Origin: an uncultured Ignavibacteriales bacterium
Lineage (GTDB): Bacteria; Zixibacteria; MSB-5A5; GN15; FEB-12
DNA length: 64,000 nucleotides
Assembly (NCBI GenBank): GCA_964520865.1
Contig: CAZFOY010000008.1
Location: forward strand, 3,155 to 67,154
Direction of reading: 5' to 3'
Shown here: piece by piece, positions 1 to 9,832 of the stretch
How positions within the stretch are numbered: position 1 is the stretch's first letter
How the letters are laid out: each line of letters begins with the position of its first letter
Notes under the pieces: model-generated
Database searches by the model: none
Told to the model about the DNA's origin: nothing
What the model saw: only the letters and a program-made list of their open reading frames with translations
Position numbers and translations under genes: made by a program

Positions 1-519
1 CGCCTTACCCGCCACCTCAACCGATTTCACGCTCTTGCCGGCTGGGTGAACCTGAACGGTTCCTTCTTCACCAGCGACAAAACGCGAGTCCGCATCACCG
101 GAGATCCGTACATCTCAGCGGCCGATCAGACAATCAATGAATATGCTGCCGCCCTACAGTACGGTGTTCAGGTCGGGTCCGGCAACCGACAGGGACTTTT
201 CCGCCCGTACACCGGGATAGGACCGGGATTGTACCTCTTCAATACGGAGACTACGCTCGATGTCCCCGTTTTTGAAGACCACTACGCGCAATACAACGAT
301 ACCCATCTCAAATTCGGCTGGCATGCTTTCGGCGGTGCCGACTTTCTCCTCAGTTCAAAGTGGGGACTTTCCTGCGAGTTAACTTACGACTGGGTGTACA
401 AATTGGACCATTCCTACGAGTACGACGTAGGAAGAAGACTGATCCAGGTGTCGAAGACGGCAAAGTATTTCAGTTTTGTAGTAGGTGTGGTGATTCCGTT
501 CGAGACGCTGGTCGAGTAG
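1..519 (+). CDS. hypothetical protein, 3' part (open at window edge); possible outer-membrane beta-barrel
   Basis: Frame 1 is open from nt 1 to the stop at 517-519. The C-terminal half looks beta-strand-like, with alternating aromatic and Gly residues (KFGWHAFGGADFLL, GLSCELTYDWVY). No family recognised. Confidence 0.4.
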   Translation, partial: RLTRHLNRFHALAGWVNLNGSFFTSDKTRVRITGDPYISAADQTINEYAAALQYGVQVGSGNRQGLFRPYTGIGPGLYLFNTETTLDVPVFEDHYAQYNDTHLKFGWHAFGGADFLLSSKWGLSCELTYDWVYKLDHSYEYDVGRRLIQVSKTAKYFSFVVGVVIPFETLVE

Positions 520-522
520 AGA

Positions 523-972
523 TCACTCCAGCAGCTTTTTCATTTCTTCGAGGAATTCCGCTTTGTCTTTGAATTTACGGTAGACCGAGGCGAATCGCAC
601 GTAGGCGATCTCATCGGTCTGGCGAAGTTTCTCCATCACCAGTTCACCGATATCTTTCGAAGTTGCCTCCGCCTTTCCTCTCGTTTTGATCTGGTTCTCG
701 AGGTCATCAACTATCGCTTCGATCTCCTTGGGAGAGATCGGGCGTTTGTTGCAGGCGAGCTTGATTCCGTAGAGGAGTTTGTATCGATCGAACGGTTCTC
801 GCTGCCCTCCCGACTTGATAACCGTCAGCGTTCCCTGTTCGATGTATTCATAGGTGGTGAACCGCTCGTGGCACTTGAGACATTCACGGCGACGGCGGAT
901 GGCCAGGCCGTCCTGAGCCGGACGGCTGTCCACGACTTTATCTTCTTCGTAACCGCAGGCGGGGCATTTCAT
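523..972 (-). CDS. nrdR: transcriptional repressor NrdR
   Basis: N-terminal zinc ribbon MKCPACG...CLKCHERFTTYE followed by an ATP-cone; 149 aa, typical NrdR length. Confidence 0.95.
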   Translation of the reverse strand: MKCPACGYEEDKVVDSRPAQDGLAIRRRRECLKCHERFTTYEYIEQGTLTVIKSGGQREPFDRYKLLYGIKLACNKRPISPKEIEAIVDDLENQIKTRGKAEATSKDIGELVMEKLRQTDEIAYVRFASVYRKFKDKAEFLEEMKKLLE

Positions 973-1001
973 CTCTCAGGCGATTCTCGACAGCGGCAAG
1001 T

Positions 1002-1328
1002 TTATACGACTTCCTTCCCCATCTCGTCAATGACGTAGTTCAGATAATCCGGCAAACCCTCGGAGAGTTTGAAGGTCAGAATCTCCGGAACATCGTTCGG
1101 ATGGTGCTCCCGAACGAAGCTGATCAGGGCTTCCACTTTGAGCTGGGTAGTCTTGACGACCAGGAGAGCCTCTTCCGCCTCCTGGACCTTTCCATTCCAC
1201 CAGAAGACCGATTCGATCTTCGGAACTATGTTCACGCAGGCGGCCAGACGAGCTTCGACCAGATTCCTGGCCAGCTGCCGGGCGTCATCACGTGGAATCG
1301 TCACGAACGCGACACGTACATGATCCAT
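1002..1328 (-). CDS. cutA: divalent-cation tolerance protein CutA
   Basis: 108 aa with LAACVNI...ESVFWWNGKV...EEALLVVKT, the canonical CutA1 core. Confidence 0.9.
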   Translation of the reverse strand: MDHVRVAFVTIPRDDARQLARNLVEARLAACVNIVPKIESVFWWNGKVQEAEEALLVVKTTQLKVEALISFVREHHPNDVPEILTFKLSEGLPDYLNYVIDEMGKEVV

Positions 1329-1639
1329 TACTTTTCGACCTCTCTTCCTAAACGTCGTTCAACCGACTCGATTTTGCCGGTCAGTCTCTTTTTCGCGCCT
1401 TTGCGGTCATCGATATTGATGATGATGTAGATCCGTTGGTGCCCCTGACGATGCAGCATCATCCGGGCCCTGTTTATCACCTTCATCACCGGCTCCCAGT
1501 CGCCTTCGATGACGGTCGACATCGCTGTAAGTTTGTACGGCAGACCGGACTTGTCTATTATATCGATAACTTTCGCGACATCTTTAGAGACCGAGGTCGA
1601 ACGGTGAGCGGTCGGAAACATGGACAGCTGGAATAACAT
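1328..1639 (-). CDS. MTH1187/YkoF-family (DUF77) thiamine-binding-like protein
   Basis: The ~100-aa ferredoxin-like pattern begins at internal Met MLFQLSMFP. That start (1639) lies directly after the glyA stop (1641). The longer ORF to 1765 would run inside glyA. Confidence 0.7.
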   Translation of the reverse strand: MLFQLSMFPTAHRSTSVSKDVAKVIDIIDKSGLPYKLTAMSTVIEGDWEPVMKVINRARMMLHRQGHQRIYIIINIDDRKGAKKRLTGKIESVERRLGREVEK

Positions 1640-1640
1640 G

Positions 1641-2894
1641 TTACGGCTCCAGCCTTTCCGGGTAGAGTGGGAATTTTGCACAGAATCTCTCGACTTCGCC
1701 GGCGATTCCGGCCAGGGCTTCTTCGTCCCTTCGGTTCTGAATCGCCCGGTCGATAAAGTCGGCAATCACCGGCATTTCAGCTTTGCCCATCCCCCGGGTA
1801 GTAACGGCCGGAGTCCCGACACGAATGCCCGAAGTCACGAACGGTTTCTCAGGATCGAAAGGAACCGTGTTCTTATTCACGGTGATTCCGGCGAGGTCAA
1901 GCGCCTTCTCCACCTTCTTGCCCGTCACCTTCGGGACATCGATAAACGACACGAGGAAAAGATGCGTATCGGTGCCGCCGGCCACGAGACGATATCCTTT
2001 TTCTTTGAGAGTTTCCGACAGCGCTTTCGCGTTTTCAAGCACCCTTTGTTGATACTGCTTGAACTCATCGGTCATGGCCAATTTGAAAGCTACTGCTTTA
2101 GCGGCGATGATGTGCATCAGAGGTCCCCCCTGGATGCCGGGCATGACTGTCCGGTCGAGGTCGGCGGCATACTTCTCCTTGCACATGACGACTCCGCCGC
2201 GCGGGCCGCGAAGCGTCTTGTGGGTGGTCGACGTAACAAAGTCGGCCATCGGCACCGGTGACGGGTGCAACCCGGCAGCGACAAGCCCGGCGATATGGGC
2301 GATATCGACCATCATGTAGGCTCCGCAGGCATCGCACGCCTCACGGATCTTGTCGAAATCCCAGAACCGCGGATAGGCGGAGGCACCGGCAACGATCATC
2401 TTCGGCTTAAACTCGATCGCATCCTGTTTGAGCTTATCATAGTCGACAACTTCGGTCTTCGGATCGACCTGATACCCTTTAAACTCGTACAACTTTCCGG
2501 AGAAGTTGATCGGGTGTCCGTGGGTCAGGTGACCGCCGTGAGACAGATCCAGACCCATCACCCGGTCTCCCGGGTTAAGGACAGTAAAGTAAACGGCCAT
2601 GTTGGCCTGCGAGCCCGAATGCGGCTGGACATTGGCGTGTTCGGCGTTAAACAGCTTTTTCAAGCGATCGCGGGCCAGATCTTCGGCAACATCGACCCAT
2701 TCGCAGCCACCATAATACCGCTTCCCCGGATATCCCTCGGCATATTTGTTGGTCATTACCCCGCCGGCCGCCTCAAGGACCGCTTCCGACACAAAATTCT
2801 CCGAGGCAATCAGTTCGAGTTTGTTCTGTTCGCGCTGGGTCTCTTTGTATATCGCGTCGTATATTTCAGGATCAGCTTTTTGCAGATATGACAT
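1641..2894 (-). CDS. glyA: serine hydroxymethyltransferase
   Basis: 417 aa with [23 protein letters not shown] and the [15 protein letters not shown]-lysine motif. Confidence 0.97.
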   Translation of the reverse strand: MSYLQKADPEIYDAIYKETQREQNKLELIASENFVSEAVLEAAGGVMTNKYAEGYPGKRYYGGCEWVDVAEDLARDRLKKLFNAEHANVQPHSGSQANMAVYFTVLNPGDRVMGLDLSHGGHLTHGHPINFSGKLYEFKGYQVDPKTEVVDYDKLKQDAIEFKPKMIVAGASAYPRFWDFDKIREACDACGAYMMVDIAHIAGLVAAGLHPSPVPMADFVTSTTHKTLRGPRGGVVMCKEKYAADLDRTVMPGIQGGPLMHIIAAKAVAFKLAMTDEFKQYQQRVLENAKALSETLKEKGYRLVAGGTDTHLFLVSFIDVPKVTGKKVEKALDLAGITVNKNTVPFDPEKPFVTSGIRVGTPAVTTRGMGKAEMPVIADFIDRAIQNRRDEEALAGIAGEVERFCAKFPLYPERLEP

Positions 2895-2923
2895 ATAAAA
2901 ACTCCCGGTTTGAATTTTGCCTA

Positions 2924-2952
2924 AATGTATATGTTTTTGCCGGGAGGGTCAA
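2924..2952 (-). promoter_or_regulatory. sigma-70-like promoter for glyA
   Basis: Minus strand reads TTGACC, 17 nt, TACATT, about 30 nt upstream of the glyA ATG. Confidence 0.4.
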
Positions 2953-3099
2953 CACTGCTTATAGCGAGGGGACCGACCGCCTGGCTGTAGCACCGAGCAA
3001 GCAACTAAATTCAAACGCCCCCTTATGAATTTCCCAATTGCCCCGTATAAAGGCTGAGACAGAGAATTTCCGGGTAGAAGCAAGGGAGCATTTACATCC

Positions 3100-4083
3100 G
3101 TGACATCAGACTGCGATTGCATCGTTATCGGGGCGGGAATTACGGGCATAATGGCGGCCCTCTCCCTCCAGGAGAAAGGCCGAAGTCCGATTGTGCTGGA
3201 AAAATCCCAGAGCCCGGGCGGGCGAATGGCTACCCGAATAATCGGAAAGGTAACCTTTGATCACGGGGCTCAGTACTTCACCGCCCGAAATCAGGCATTT
3301 CGGAGAATTGTGACGGAGTGGGCCAAAAAGGGGATCGTGAGGCACTGGACCGACGCATTTCCCCGTCCGGGCAATCGGTCTCAGGACGGATTCCCCAAAT
3401 ACTGTGGGGTCGGTGGAATGGCCTCGATTTGCCGTCAGCTGGCCACGCCCCTTGACATCCGGGTCAACGAGCAAGTTACCACCGTGAAGTCGAAGAAAGA
3501 TAGATGGCTGATTTCTACCGAATCGGGTGGCCAGTATTCTACCGGAACACTCATTGTCACTGCGCCGATGCCCCGGACGCTGTCTTTGCTTAAGTCAGCG
3601 GATCTTAGACTCCCGGCCTACGTTCGAATGGGACTTACCATGATTGCGTATGACCCGTGTATTGCATTGATGGCCGTGCTCGACGGCCCTTCCAAAGTCC
3701 CGGAGCCGGGCGGAATCGAACTCGGCGGCGAGCCAATCTACTGGATGGCCGACAGCCGAATGAAAGGAATTTGCGACGACGGCCATGGCGTCACGATCCA
3801 CGCCGGACCGAACTTCAGTCAGCAGGTGTGGGATCAACCGGACGAAGAGATTGCCGAACGACTATTCGAAGAAACCGAGGAGTGGCTCGGACGAACGCCT
3901 GTGAGCTACCAGCTTCATCGATGGCACTATAGCCGAACGACGGCAACCTATCCGGAGCCGTATCTTATGATCGAAGATCCGGCCACGATGGTGCTTTGCG
4001 GCGATGGTTTCTGGGATGCCCGAATCGAGGGTGCGGCTCTTTCCGGACTGGCCGCAGCAGAGGCAGCGATGAGAGCGAAGTAG
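3100..4083 (+). CDS. NAD(P)/FAD-dependent oxidoreductase (renalase/amine-oxidase-like)
   Basis: GTG start. N-terminal dinucleotide fold DCIVIGAGITGIMAA...LEKSQSPGGRM; 327 aa. Confidence 0.8.
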   Translation: MTSDCDCIVIGAGITGIMAALSLQEKGRSPIVLEKSQSPGGRMATRIIGKVTFDHGAQYFTARNQAFRRIVTEWAKKGIVRHWTDAFPRPGNRSQDGFPKYCGVGGMASICRQLATPLDIRVNEQVTTVKSKKDRWLISTESGGQYSTGTLIVTAPMPRTLSLLKSADLRLPAYVRMGLTMIAYDPCIALMAVLDGPSKVPEPGGIELGGEPIYWMADSRMKGICDDGHGVTIHAGPNFSQQVWDQPDEEIAERLFEETEEWLGRTPVSYQLHRWHYSRTTATYPEPYLMIEDPATMVLCGDGFWDARIEGAALSGLAAAEAAMRAK

Positions 4084-4098
4084 AACGACGGATGATTT

Positions 4099-4129
4099 TG
4101 TAGGGCAGCCTCATCTTCGAGCCTGCCAT
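4099..4129 (+). repeat. REP-like element, family A (GTAG head + imperfect palindrome)
   Basis: TGTAGGGCAGCCTCATCTTCGAGCCTGCCAT. Same 31-nt architecture as 6601-6631, 23689-23719, 27552-27582, 27616-27646 and 27671-27699. Confidence 0.8.
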
Positions 4130-4136
4130 TCTCCGG

Positions 4137-4183
4137 GTGCTCTACAGCCCCGCTGCCGGTTCGTCACAACGTGAAAGATCTTC
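4137..4183. repeat. 47-nt direct repeat, copy 1 (partner 4449-4495)
   Basis: gtgctctacagccccgctgccggttcgtcacaacgtgaaagatcttc against gtgccccacagctctgctgtgggttcgtcgcaatatgagagatcttc, about 80% identity by eye. Confidence 0.7.
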
Positions 4184-4184
4184 C

Positions 4185-4213
4185 GTAGACCCGACCGTTC
4201 CTATGGCCGGGTG
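4185..4213 (+). repeat. REP-like element, family D
   Basis: GTAGACCCGACCGTTCCTATGGCCGGGTG. Near-identical copies in reverse orientation at 23467-23495 and 6490-6517. Confidence 0.75.
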
Positions 4214-4239
4214 AATCTCTGTCGAGACGCCACACCCAA

Positions 4240-4374
4240 GTCATTGCGAGAAGCAAAAGACTGAGCGCCAGCGAAGGGAAAGCGACGTCGCAATCTCGGC
4301 TTCGTCTTGTATTCGCAAGGTCGAGATTGCGACGGCTTCACGCCTATCCGGCGTGATGACCGCCTCGCAATGAC
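4240..4374. repeat. two tandem hairpin elements, family E (ATTGCGA...TCGCAAT)
   Basis: Four arms: gtcATTGCGAg (4240-4250), gTCGCAATctcg (4287-4298), cgagATTGCGAc (4322-4333) and cTCGCAATgac (4364-4374). They can pair as two adjacent hairpins or as a nested 11-bp + 12-bp structure. Confidence 0.75.
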
Positions 4375-4448
4375 GATATTTCAGCTCGCGTGAGACGGCA
4401 TATCGATGTCAGCTGTCGAGTCCCTGAACACCTATCGGCGAACGCAGC

Positions 4449-4495
4449 GTGCCCCACAGCTCTGCTGTGGGTTCGTCGCAATATGAGAGATCTTC
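4449..4495. repeat. 47-nt direct repeat, copy 2 (partner 4137-4183)
   Basis: See 4137-4183. Contains the hairpin ccacagc-tct-gctgtgg. Confidence 0.7.
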
Positions 4496-4554
4496 AAAAA
4501 AAACCACCGACACGAGTGCATCGGTGGTCGATTGATTTCCATTCGTCGACAGGG

Positions 4555-5499
4555 CTAAACCGTCACACCCTTATACGCCGGGACGTGCGTCAACCAGCCA
4601 TGCTTGTCTTCGATAGATCCATCGAGAATCCCGAAGAAGTGCTTTTGCAGTTTCTCCGTGATCGGACCACGCACCCCTTCCCCAATCTGAATATTGTCGA
4701 TTAATGAGATCGGTGTGATTTCGGCAGCTGATCCGGTAAAGAAGACTTCATCGGCAAGATAGAGCGCTTCACGCGGGATGTTCTGCTCGATAACTTTGAT
4801 ACCGAGTTCGCCGGCGATCCGAATGACGGAGCTTCGGGTAATACCGGGCAGAATCGACGCCGAAAAGGTCGGCGTAATGAGCGCACCTTTGCGAACCATG
4901 AAGATGTTCTCGCCGGAACCTTCGGACACATGTCCCATGACATCGAGGGCGATCCCCTCGACATATCCGTGGGACAACGCTTCAAGCTTGATCAATTGGC
5001 TGTTCATATAGTTCGCGCCCGCCTTGGCCATCGCCGGCATCGTATTCGGAGCGATTCGATTCCACGAGGAAAAACAGACCGACACTCCTTTTTCCAGAGC
5101 CTCTTCGCCGAGGTACTTCCCCCAGGGCCAGACCGCAATGGCGACATCGACCGGGCATTGCGACGGATCCACGCCGAGAGTGCCGTATCCGCGATAGGCG
5201 ATCGGGCGAACGTAACAGGTTTCGAGATTATTCACGCCGACCAGGTCGAGAATCGCCTGATTGATCTGTTCTTTAGAAAACGGCAGCTTCATCCGGTAGA
5301 TTTTGGCAGAATTGAACAGGCGGTCGGTATGGTCGCGGAGCCGGAAACAGGCCGGACCATCTTTGGTCTTATATACCCTCATTCCTTCGAAAACCGACGA
5401 ACCGTAATGAATCACATGCGAAAGGACATGGATCTTGGCGTCAGCCCATTTCACCAATTCGCCGTTCATCCAGATATATTCTACCGGAGTCATTGCCAT
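4555..5499 (-). CDS. ilvE: branched-chain amino acid aminotransferase (class IV)
   Basis: IWMNGELV...[16 protein letters not shown]...GANYMNS. Start moved to the Met 5 nt after a GGAGG box; the ORF is open to 5511. Confidence 0.92.
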   Translation of the reverse strand: MAMTPVEYIWMNGELVKWADAKIHVLSHVIHYGSSVFEGMRVYKTKDGPACFRLRDHTDRLFNSAKIYRMKLPFSKEQINQAILDLVGVNNLETCYVRPIAYRGYGTLGVDPSQCPVDVAIAVWPWGKYLGEEALEKGVSVCFSSWNRIAPNTMPAMAKAGANYMNSQLIKLEALSHGYVEGIALDVMGHVSEGSGENIFMVRKGALITPTFSASILPGITRSSVIRIAGELGIKVIEQNIPREALYLADEVFFTGSAAEITPISLIDNIQIGEGVRGPITEKLQKHFFGILDGSIEDKHGWLTHVPAYKGVTV

Positions 5500-5683
5500 A
5501 TCTGCCTCCATCTAAGCTTAAAAGTCATTTACACTTATACCTGTTTCGAAAATAACAGACGAGCCCGGCAAATTCAATCAAAATCGTCGAAGAGATACAC
5601 TTTTTCGCCCGGAGAGGGACCGCATCGCCACTCTTTATATGAAGAGTAACTATCTATGTTCCAGTAATTTACTGGGCGGTGGA

Positions 5684-6268
5684 CTATGCCTGTGGTGGCC
5701 GCGAGCGACCCACGAACCGCCAGATCGAAGGAAGTACGATCGATGCGATCACGATTTTGACGACAGCACCCGGAACGAACGGAACGAGCCCCATTTCGAG
5801 CAGAGTCGACGGTGTGGTAAAGCGTGAAAGCCAGAGCAGACCGACGGAGAATATGATCAGCGTGCCGACCAGCATCGCAACGGCCGATTTCGCATAACCG
5901 CGATCCCAGCCTTTGTCAGCGAGGTATCCGACGGCATATGCCGCGACCGGAAATCCGATCAGATAACCGCCGGTTGGGCCGAGGAATTTGCCGAATCCGG
6001 CAGAACCGCCCGCGAATACCGGCATGCCAAGCGCCCCTTCGACGAGATACGCGATCACGACCGCCGTGCCGCGCACGCGGCCGAGAGCCATGGCGATCAG
6101 CAGAACACCGAATGTCTGTCCGGTGATCGGAACGGGAGAAAACGGCAAATTGATCGACAGATAAGCGGAGGCGGCCAAAAGGATATTGAAAGTCAGGAGC
6201 AGCGGAAGCTCCATCCAGAGTGTTGTCGGTTTGTAGACTTGGTAGATTGCGGCGGTCTGTGATTTCAT
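5684..6268 (-). CDS. bioY: biotin transporter BioY
   Basis: 194 aa, multi-TM, with PVPITGQTFGVLL...GPTGGYLIGFP. GAGGAG box precedes the ATG. Confidence 0.9.
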   Translation of the reverse strand: MKSQTAAIYQVYKPTTLWMELPLLLTFNILLAASAYLSINLPFSPVPITGQTFGVLLIAMALGRVRGTAVVIAYLVEGALGMPVFAGGSAGFGKFLGPTGGYLIGFPVAAYAVGYLADKGWDRGYAKSAVAMLVGTLIIFSVGLLWLSRFTTPSTLLEMGLVPFVPGAVVKIVIASIVLPSIWRFVGRSRPPQA

Positions 6269-6392
6269 ATTAGTCTCCTCATATACTCCTGATACGGCAT
6301 CGGGAGGAATTTACTTTGAGAAGAATGCGAGGGCAAATGGTTTTGGGGGCCGGGTGGCCCGTCTGCTTGCGGCGGGTTTCTTTGACGAATTG

Positions 6393-6456
6393 AATGTCGG
6401 GTTTCTCCATCGCAGACCCCATGAATGGGGCCTGCTCGGTCGGAACGCCGACCTAC
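6393..6456 (-). repeat. REP-like element, family B
   Basis: Minus strand reads GTAGGTCGGCGTTCCGAC...GGAGAAACCCGACATT. Related to the tandem pair at 26446-26550. Confidence 0.7.
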
Positions 6457-6489
6457 ATCAAGATGACATGCGTGGCGGCATGCACGATA

Positions 6490-6517
6490 CACCCGGCCAT
6501 AAGAATGGTCGGCCCAC
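6490..6517 (-). repeat. REP-like element, family D (head degenerate, GTGG)
   Basis: Minus strand reads GTGGGCCGACCATTCTTATGGCCGGGTG. Confidence 0.65.
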
Positions 6518-6600
6518 GAAAGATCGGATTATGTCGAGACGAACCTACAGCAGAGCTGCCGGGCACCGAGGGTACATTTTGATGAAAGTGGTGCATCGGA

Positions 6601-6631
6601 ATGGCGGGCTCGAAGACGAGGCCGCCCTACA
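6601..6631 (-). repeat. REP-like element, family A
   Basis: Minus strand reads TGTAGGGCGGCCTCGTCTTCGAGCCCGCCAT, ending 8 nt past the stop of the acyl-CoA dehydrogenase gene. Confidence 0.8.
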
Positions 6632-6639
6632 CAAGAATT

Positions 6640-7785
6640 CTATTCGATTTCTTTGAGCATCTCGCGGGCGATCACGAGGCGCTGGATCTCCGAAGTTCCT
6701 TCGCCGATCTCGCACAGCTTGACATCGCGCCAGATCCGTTCGGCCGGGTAAGGTCCCGTGTAATAGCCGATCCCACCCAGGATATCCATCGCCCGCTCGG
6801 CCGCCCGTCGACCGACTTCGGATGCGTACAGCTTGCACATCGCCGAGAACTTGGTGAACTTCTCCCCCGCATCCTTCCGCTGGGCACAATCATAAATCAA
6901 CAACCGGGCGGCTTGAAGCTCCATGTCGGAGTCGGCGAGTTTATGTTGTATTGCCTGGTTGTATGCGATCGGCTTGCCAAACTGCTTGCGATCCGCGGCA
7001 TACTTCAGAGCACAGTCGAGAGCACCCTGTCCGAGTCCGAGCGCCATGGCGCCTATTGAGATGCGGCCGCCGTCGAGCGTGATCAACATCTGCTTGAACC
7101 CATCGCCGATCTTCCCGAGCAGATTCTCATCGGGAACTTTCATGTCATCGAAATGCAGGAATGCGGTGTCGGACCCACGAAGGCCGAGCTTGTTTTCTTT
7201 CTTCCCTACGGCATAGCCGGGGAAATCTTTTTCCATAATAAAGGTCGTGATCGCTTTATCTTCGGGATCGTCAGATGTGCGCGCCGTTCCGATAGTAGCG
7301 AACGCTTTCGTAGCCGACGTAATCCAGCACTTACTGCCGTTGACGATCCAGCCGTCGTCGACCTTCCGCGCCATCGTCTTGGTTCCCCCGGCATCGGAAC
7401 CGGCATCCGGTTCGCTCAAACCGAATGCGAGCAGTTCGCCTTTGGCGGCTCTCGGAAGATACTTCTTCCTCTGCTCCTCGGTCCCGAACTTGTAGATGGG
7501 AAACGTCCCGAGAGAATTGTGCGCGGCGATCATAATTCCGGTTGAGCCGCAGACGCGCGAAAGTTCTTCGACCGCTATGGCGTAAGAAATCGTATCGATC
7601 GGTCGGCCGCCGTACTTCTCCGGAAAGAGCGCGTTGAACATCCCCATCTCGGTCAGGGGCTGCATATGTTCAGTCGGGAATCGTTGTTCTATATCCAGTG
7701 TCTCCGCGAGCGGCGCGATCTTTTCCAGACAGAATGCACGCATCTTCTCGCGGAATTCGTGATGTTTCTTTTCCAGCAAAGCCAA
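6640..7785 (-). CDS. acyl-CoA dehydrogenase (SCAD/MCAD-type catalytic Glu)
   Basis: 381 aa with FGLSEPDAGSDAGG...GGRISIGA...EIGEGTSEIQRLVIA. Confidence 0.92.
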   Translation of the reverse strand: MALLEKKHHEFREKMRAFCLEKIAPLAETLDIEQRFPTEHMQPLTEMGMFNALFPEKYGGRPIDTISYAIAVEELSRVCGSTGIMIAAHNSLGTFPIYKFGTEEQRKKYLPRAAKGELLAFGLSEPDAGSDAGGTKTMARKVDDGWIVNGSKCWITSATKAFATIGTARTSDDPEDKAITTFIMEKDFPGYAVGKKENKLGLRGSDTAFLHFDDMKVPDENLLGKIGDGFKQMLITLDGGRISIGAMALGLGQGALDCALKYAADRKQFGKPIAYNQAIQHKLADSDMELQAARLLIYDCAQRKDAGEKFTKFSAMCKLYASEVGRRAAERAMDILGGIGYYTGPYPAERIWRDVKLCEIGEGTSEIQRLVIAREMLKEIE

Positions 7786-7789
7786 TGTG

Positions 7790-8935
7790 CTACTCCTTCA
7801 GCAGATCTTTTGAGATAACCATCTTCTGGGCTTCGGTTGTTCCTTCGTACAGCTCGGTCACGCGGGCATCGCGGAAATACCGTTCGACCGGATACTCTTT
7901 GATGTATCCGTAGCCGCCGTGAATCTGCACCGCCTCATTACATACGTAATTAGCGGTCTGAGTGCAAAAGAACTTGGCCATAGAGGCCTCGCGATGACAC
8001 GCCTTGCCTTCGTCTTTAAGACGCGCGGCCCGATATCCGAGCAGCCGTCCGGCATCTATCCGCGTCGCCATCTCGGCGAGCTTGAACTGAATTGCCTGGA
8101 AGTTAGCGATCGGCTGATTGAACTGCTTGCGCTCTTTGGCATACTTGAGCGCTTCGTTGAACGACGCCTGGGCGATGCCGAGCGCCTGGAAGGACACGCC
8201 GATGCGTCCGGAATTAAGAATAGTCACCGCCATGCGGAATCCGTCGCCGGGCTGTCCAAGAAGATTCTCTTTCGGGACCTTCACATCCGAGAAGCTGATC
8301 TCACGGGTGTCCGAAGCTTTGATGCCGCATTTCTTCTCCGGCGCGCCGAGGGTGATTCCGTCGGTGTCCTTATCGACGACGAAACAGCTGATACCGCGAT
8401 GACCTTCGTTAGGACGAGTCTTGGCAAACACGATCAGCACGCTCGCGTACATTGCGTTCGTCACGAACGATTTCGTACCGTTGATAACCCAGTGATCGTC
8501 GTTCTCGACCGCCGACGTGCTCAGTGAAGCGACATCGGTCCCGGCGTTCGGCTCGGTGATACAATAGGCACCAATCTTTTCGCCGGCCGCCATTGCGGGA
8601 AGGTACTTGCCCTTGAGATCGTCGCTGCCGAACAGCTTGATGATCTCGCACGTGAGAGAATTGTGAACGGACAGCATAATGCCAAACCCGGCGCACCCAC
8701 CGCACAATTCTTCGAGTACGCCCATGAACGATGTTGTCGGAAGACCGAGCCCGCCGTATTCCTCAGGGACGGTGAAGCCGAAATAACCGAGCTCCGCCGT
8801 TTCATCGATCAGTTCCTTCGGAGTGGTTCCCTCTTCGTCCAGTTCGAGCGCCCGAGGGTAGAGCCGCTTTTCCGCGAACTCCCGGGCCATCTGCTTGAGT
8901 TCAAGATCATCTTCGGACAGCATAAAATCCATCAA
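7790..8935 (-). CDS. acyl-CoA dehydrogenase (butyryl-CoA dehydrogenase-like)
   Basis: 381 aa with CITEPNAGTDV...SGRIGVS...ELYEGTTEAQKMVIS. Tandem paralogue of 6640-7785. Confidence 0.92.
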   Translation of the reverse strand: MMDFMLSEDDLELKQMAREFAEKRLYPRALELDEEGTTPKELIDETAELGYFGFTVPEEYGGLGLPTTSFMGVLEELCGGCAGFGIMLSVHNSLTCEIIKLFGSDDLKGKYLPAMAAGEKIGAYCITEPNAGTDVASLSTSAVENDDHWVINGTKSFVTNAMYASVLIVFAKTRPNEGHRGISCFVVDKDTDGITLGAPEKKCGIKASDTREISFSDVKVPKENLLGQPGDGFRMAVTILNSGRIGVSFQALGIAQASFNEALKYAKERKQFNQPIANFQAIQFKLAEMATRIDAGRLLGYRAARLKDEGKACHREASMAKFFCTQTANYVCNEAVQIHGGYGYIKEYPVERYFRDARVTELYEGTTEAQKMVISKDLLKE

Positions 8936-8944
8936 GACACTCCT

Positions 8945-9808
8945 TTAGGAATTGTATACATAGAAACCGCGACCGGACTTGCGCCCGAGATAGCCGGCCT
9001 GGACCATTTTCTTAAGCAACGGGCAGGGGCGGTATTTGGGATCCCCCAGACCGTCGTGAATAACTTGCATAATTGCCAGGCAGACATCAAGCCCTATAAA
9101 GTCGGCCAGAGTAAGCGGACCCATCGGATGCGCCATACCCAGCTTCATGACATCATCGATCGCTTCGGCCGTCCCCACCCCTTCCTGCAGGGCGAACACC
9201 GCTTCGTTGATCATCGGCATGAGCAGGCGATTCGAAATAAACCCCGGAGCATCGTTAACTTCGACCGGGATCTTCCCCAGCTTCTCGGAAAGCTCCTTGA
9301 TCAGAGCGAATGTTGCATCCGATGTCGCCATGCCGCGAATCAGTTCGATGAGCTTCATGATCGGAACCGGATTCATGAAATGCATGCCTATGAATCGATC
9401 CGGGCGCTTGGTCGCCGAAGCCACGCCAGTGATCGGCAGCGATGAGGTATTCGAAGCGAAAACCGTTTCTGCCGAACACATGTCATCGAGACGATTGAAA
9501 ATGTCTCTTTTGACGCTCAGGTTTTCGACCACGGCTTCGACCACCAGTTGCGAGTTTTTAGCGACAATCAGATCGGTTGTCGGGTTTATGCGGCCGAGAA
9601 TCTGATCCTTCTGCTCTTTGGACATCTCCCCTTTTTTGACGATACGGTCAAGGCTCTTGCCGATACCGGTCATTGACCGCTCGAGCAGCTCCCTTTTGAC
9701 GTCCACCATATGCATCTTGTAGCCGTAGGTCGAGAACACCTGGGCGATACCACTGCCCATGGTGCCGCAGCCGACCACGGTGACTTCTTTGATATCGTTG
9801 ACTGTCAT
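8945..9808 (-). CDS. hbd: 3-hydroxybutyryl-CoA dehydrogenase
   Basis: [15 protein letters not shown] Rossmann start, then [12 protein letters not shown]...[10 protein letters not shown]...[10 protein letters not shown]. Confidence 0.92.
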   Translation of the reverse strand: MTVNDIKEVTVVGCGTMGSGIAQVFSTYGYKMHMVDVKRELLERSMTGIGKSLDRIVKKGEMSKEQKDQILGRINPTTDLIVAKNSQLVVEAVVENLSVKRDIFNRLDDMCSAETVFASNTSSLPITGVASATKRPDRFIGMHFMNPVPIMKLIELIRGMATSDATFALIKELSEKLGKIPVEVNDAPGFISNRLLMPMINEAVFALQEGVGTAEAIDDVMKLGMAHPMGPLTLADFIGLDVCLAIMQVIHDGLGDPKYRPCPLLKKMVQAGYLGRKSGRGFYVYNS

Positions 9809-9832
9809 GAATGATCTCCCGGACTGATCCTG

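Noticed and set aside
2944-2987. GGGTCAACACTG...ACCGCCTGGCTG, which superficially resembles ZTP (pfl) riboswitch core segments, next to glyA (a typical ZTP target).
   Set aside because: The motif is on the strand opposite glyA. The P2 hairpin and the conserved GACTGGCG and CCGGG parts are missing. The downstream plus-strand gene is an FAD oxidoreductase. The region is better explained by the glyA TTGACC-17-TACATT promoter.
6354-6656. ORFs of 60-100 aa in the long spacers: 6354-6656, 6394-6582, 23329-23598, 23492-23695, 4390-4704 and 19536-19736.
   Set aside because: They are composed of the GTAG-palindrome repeat units. They have no start context and no conserved protein features.
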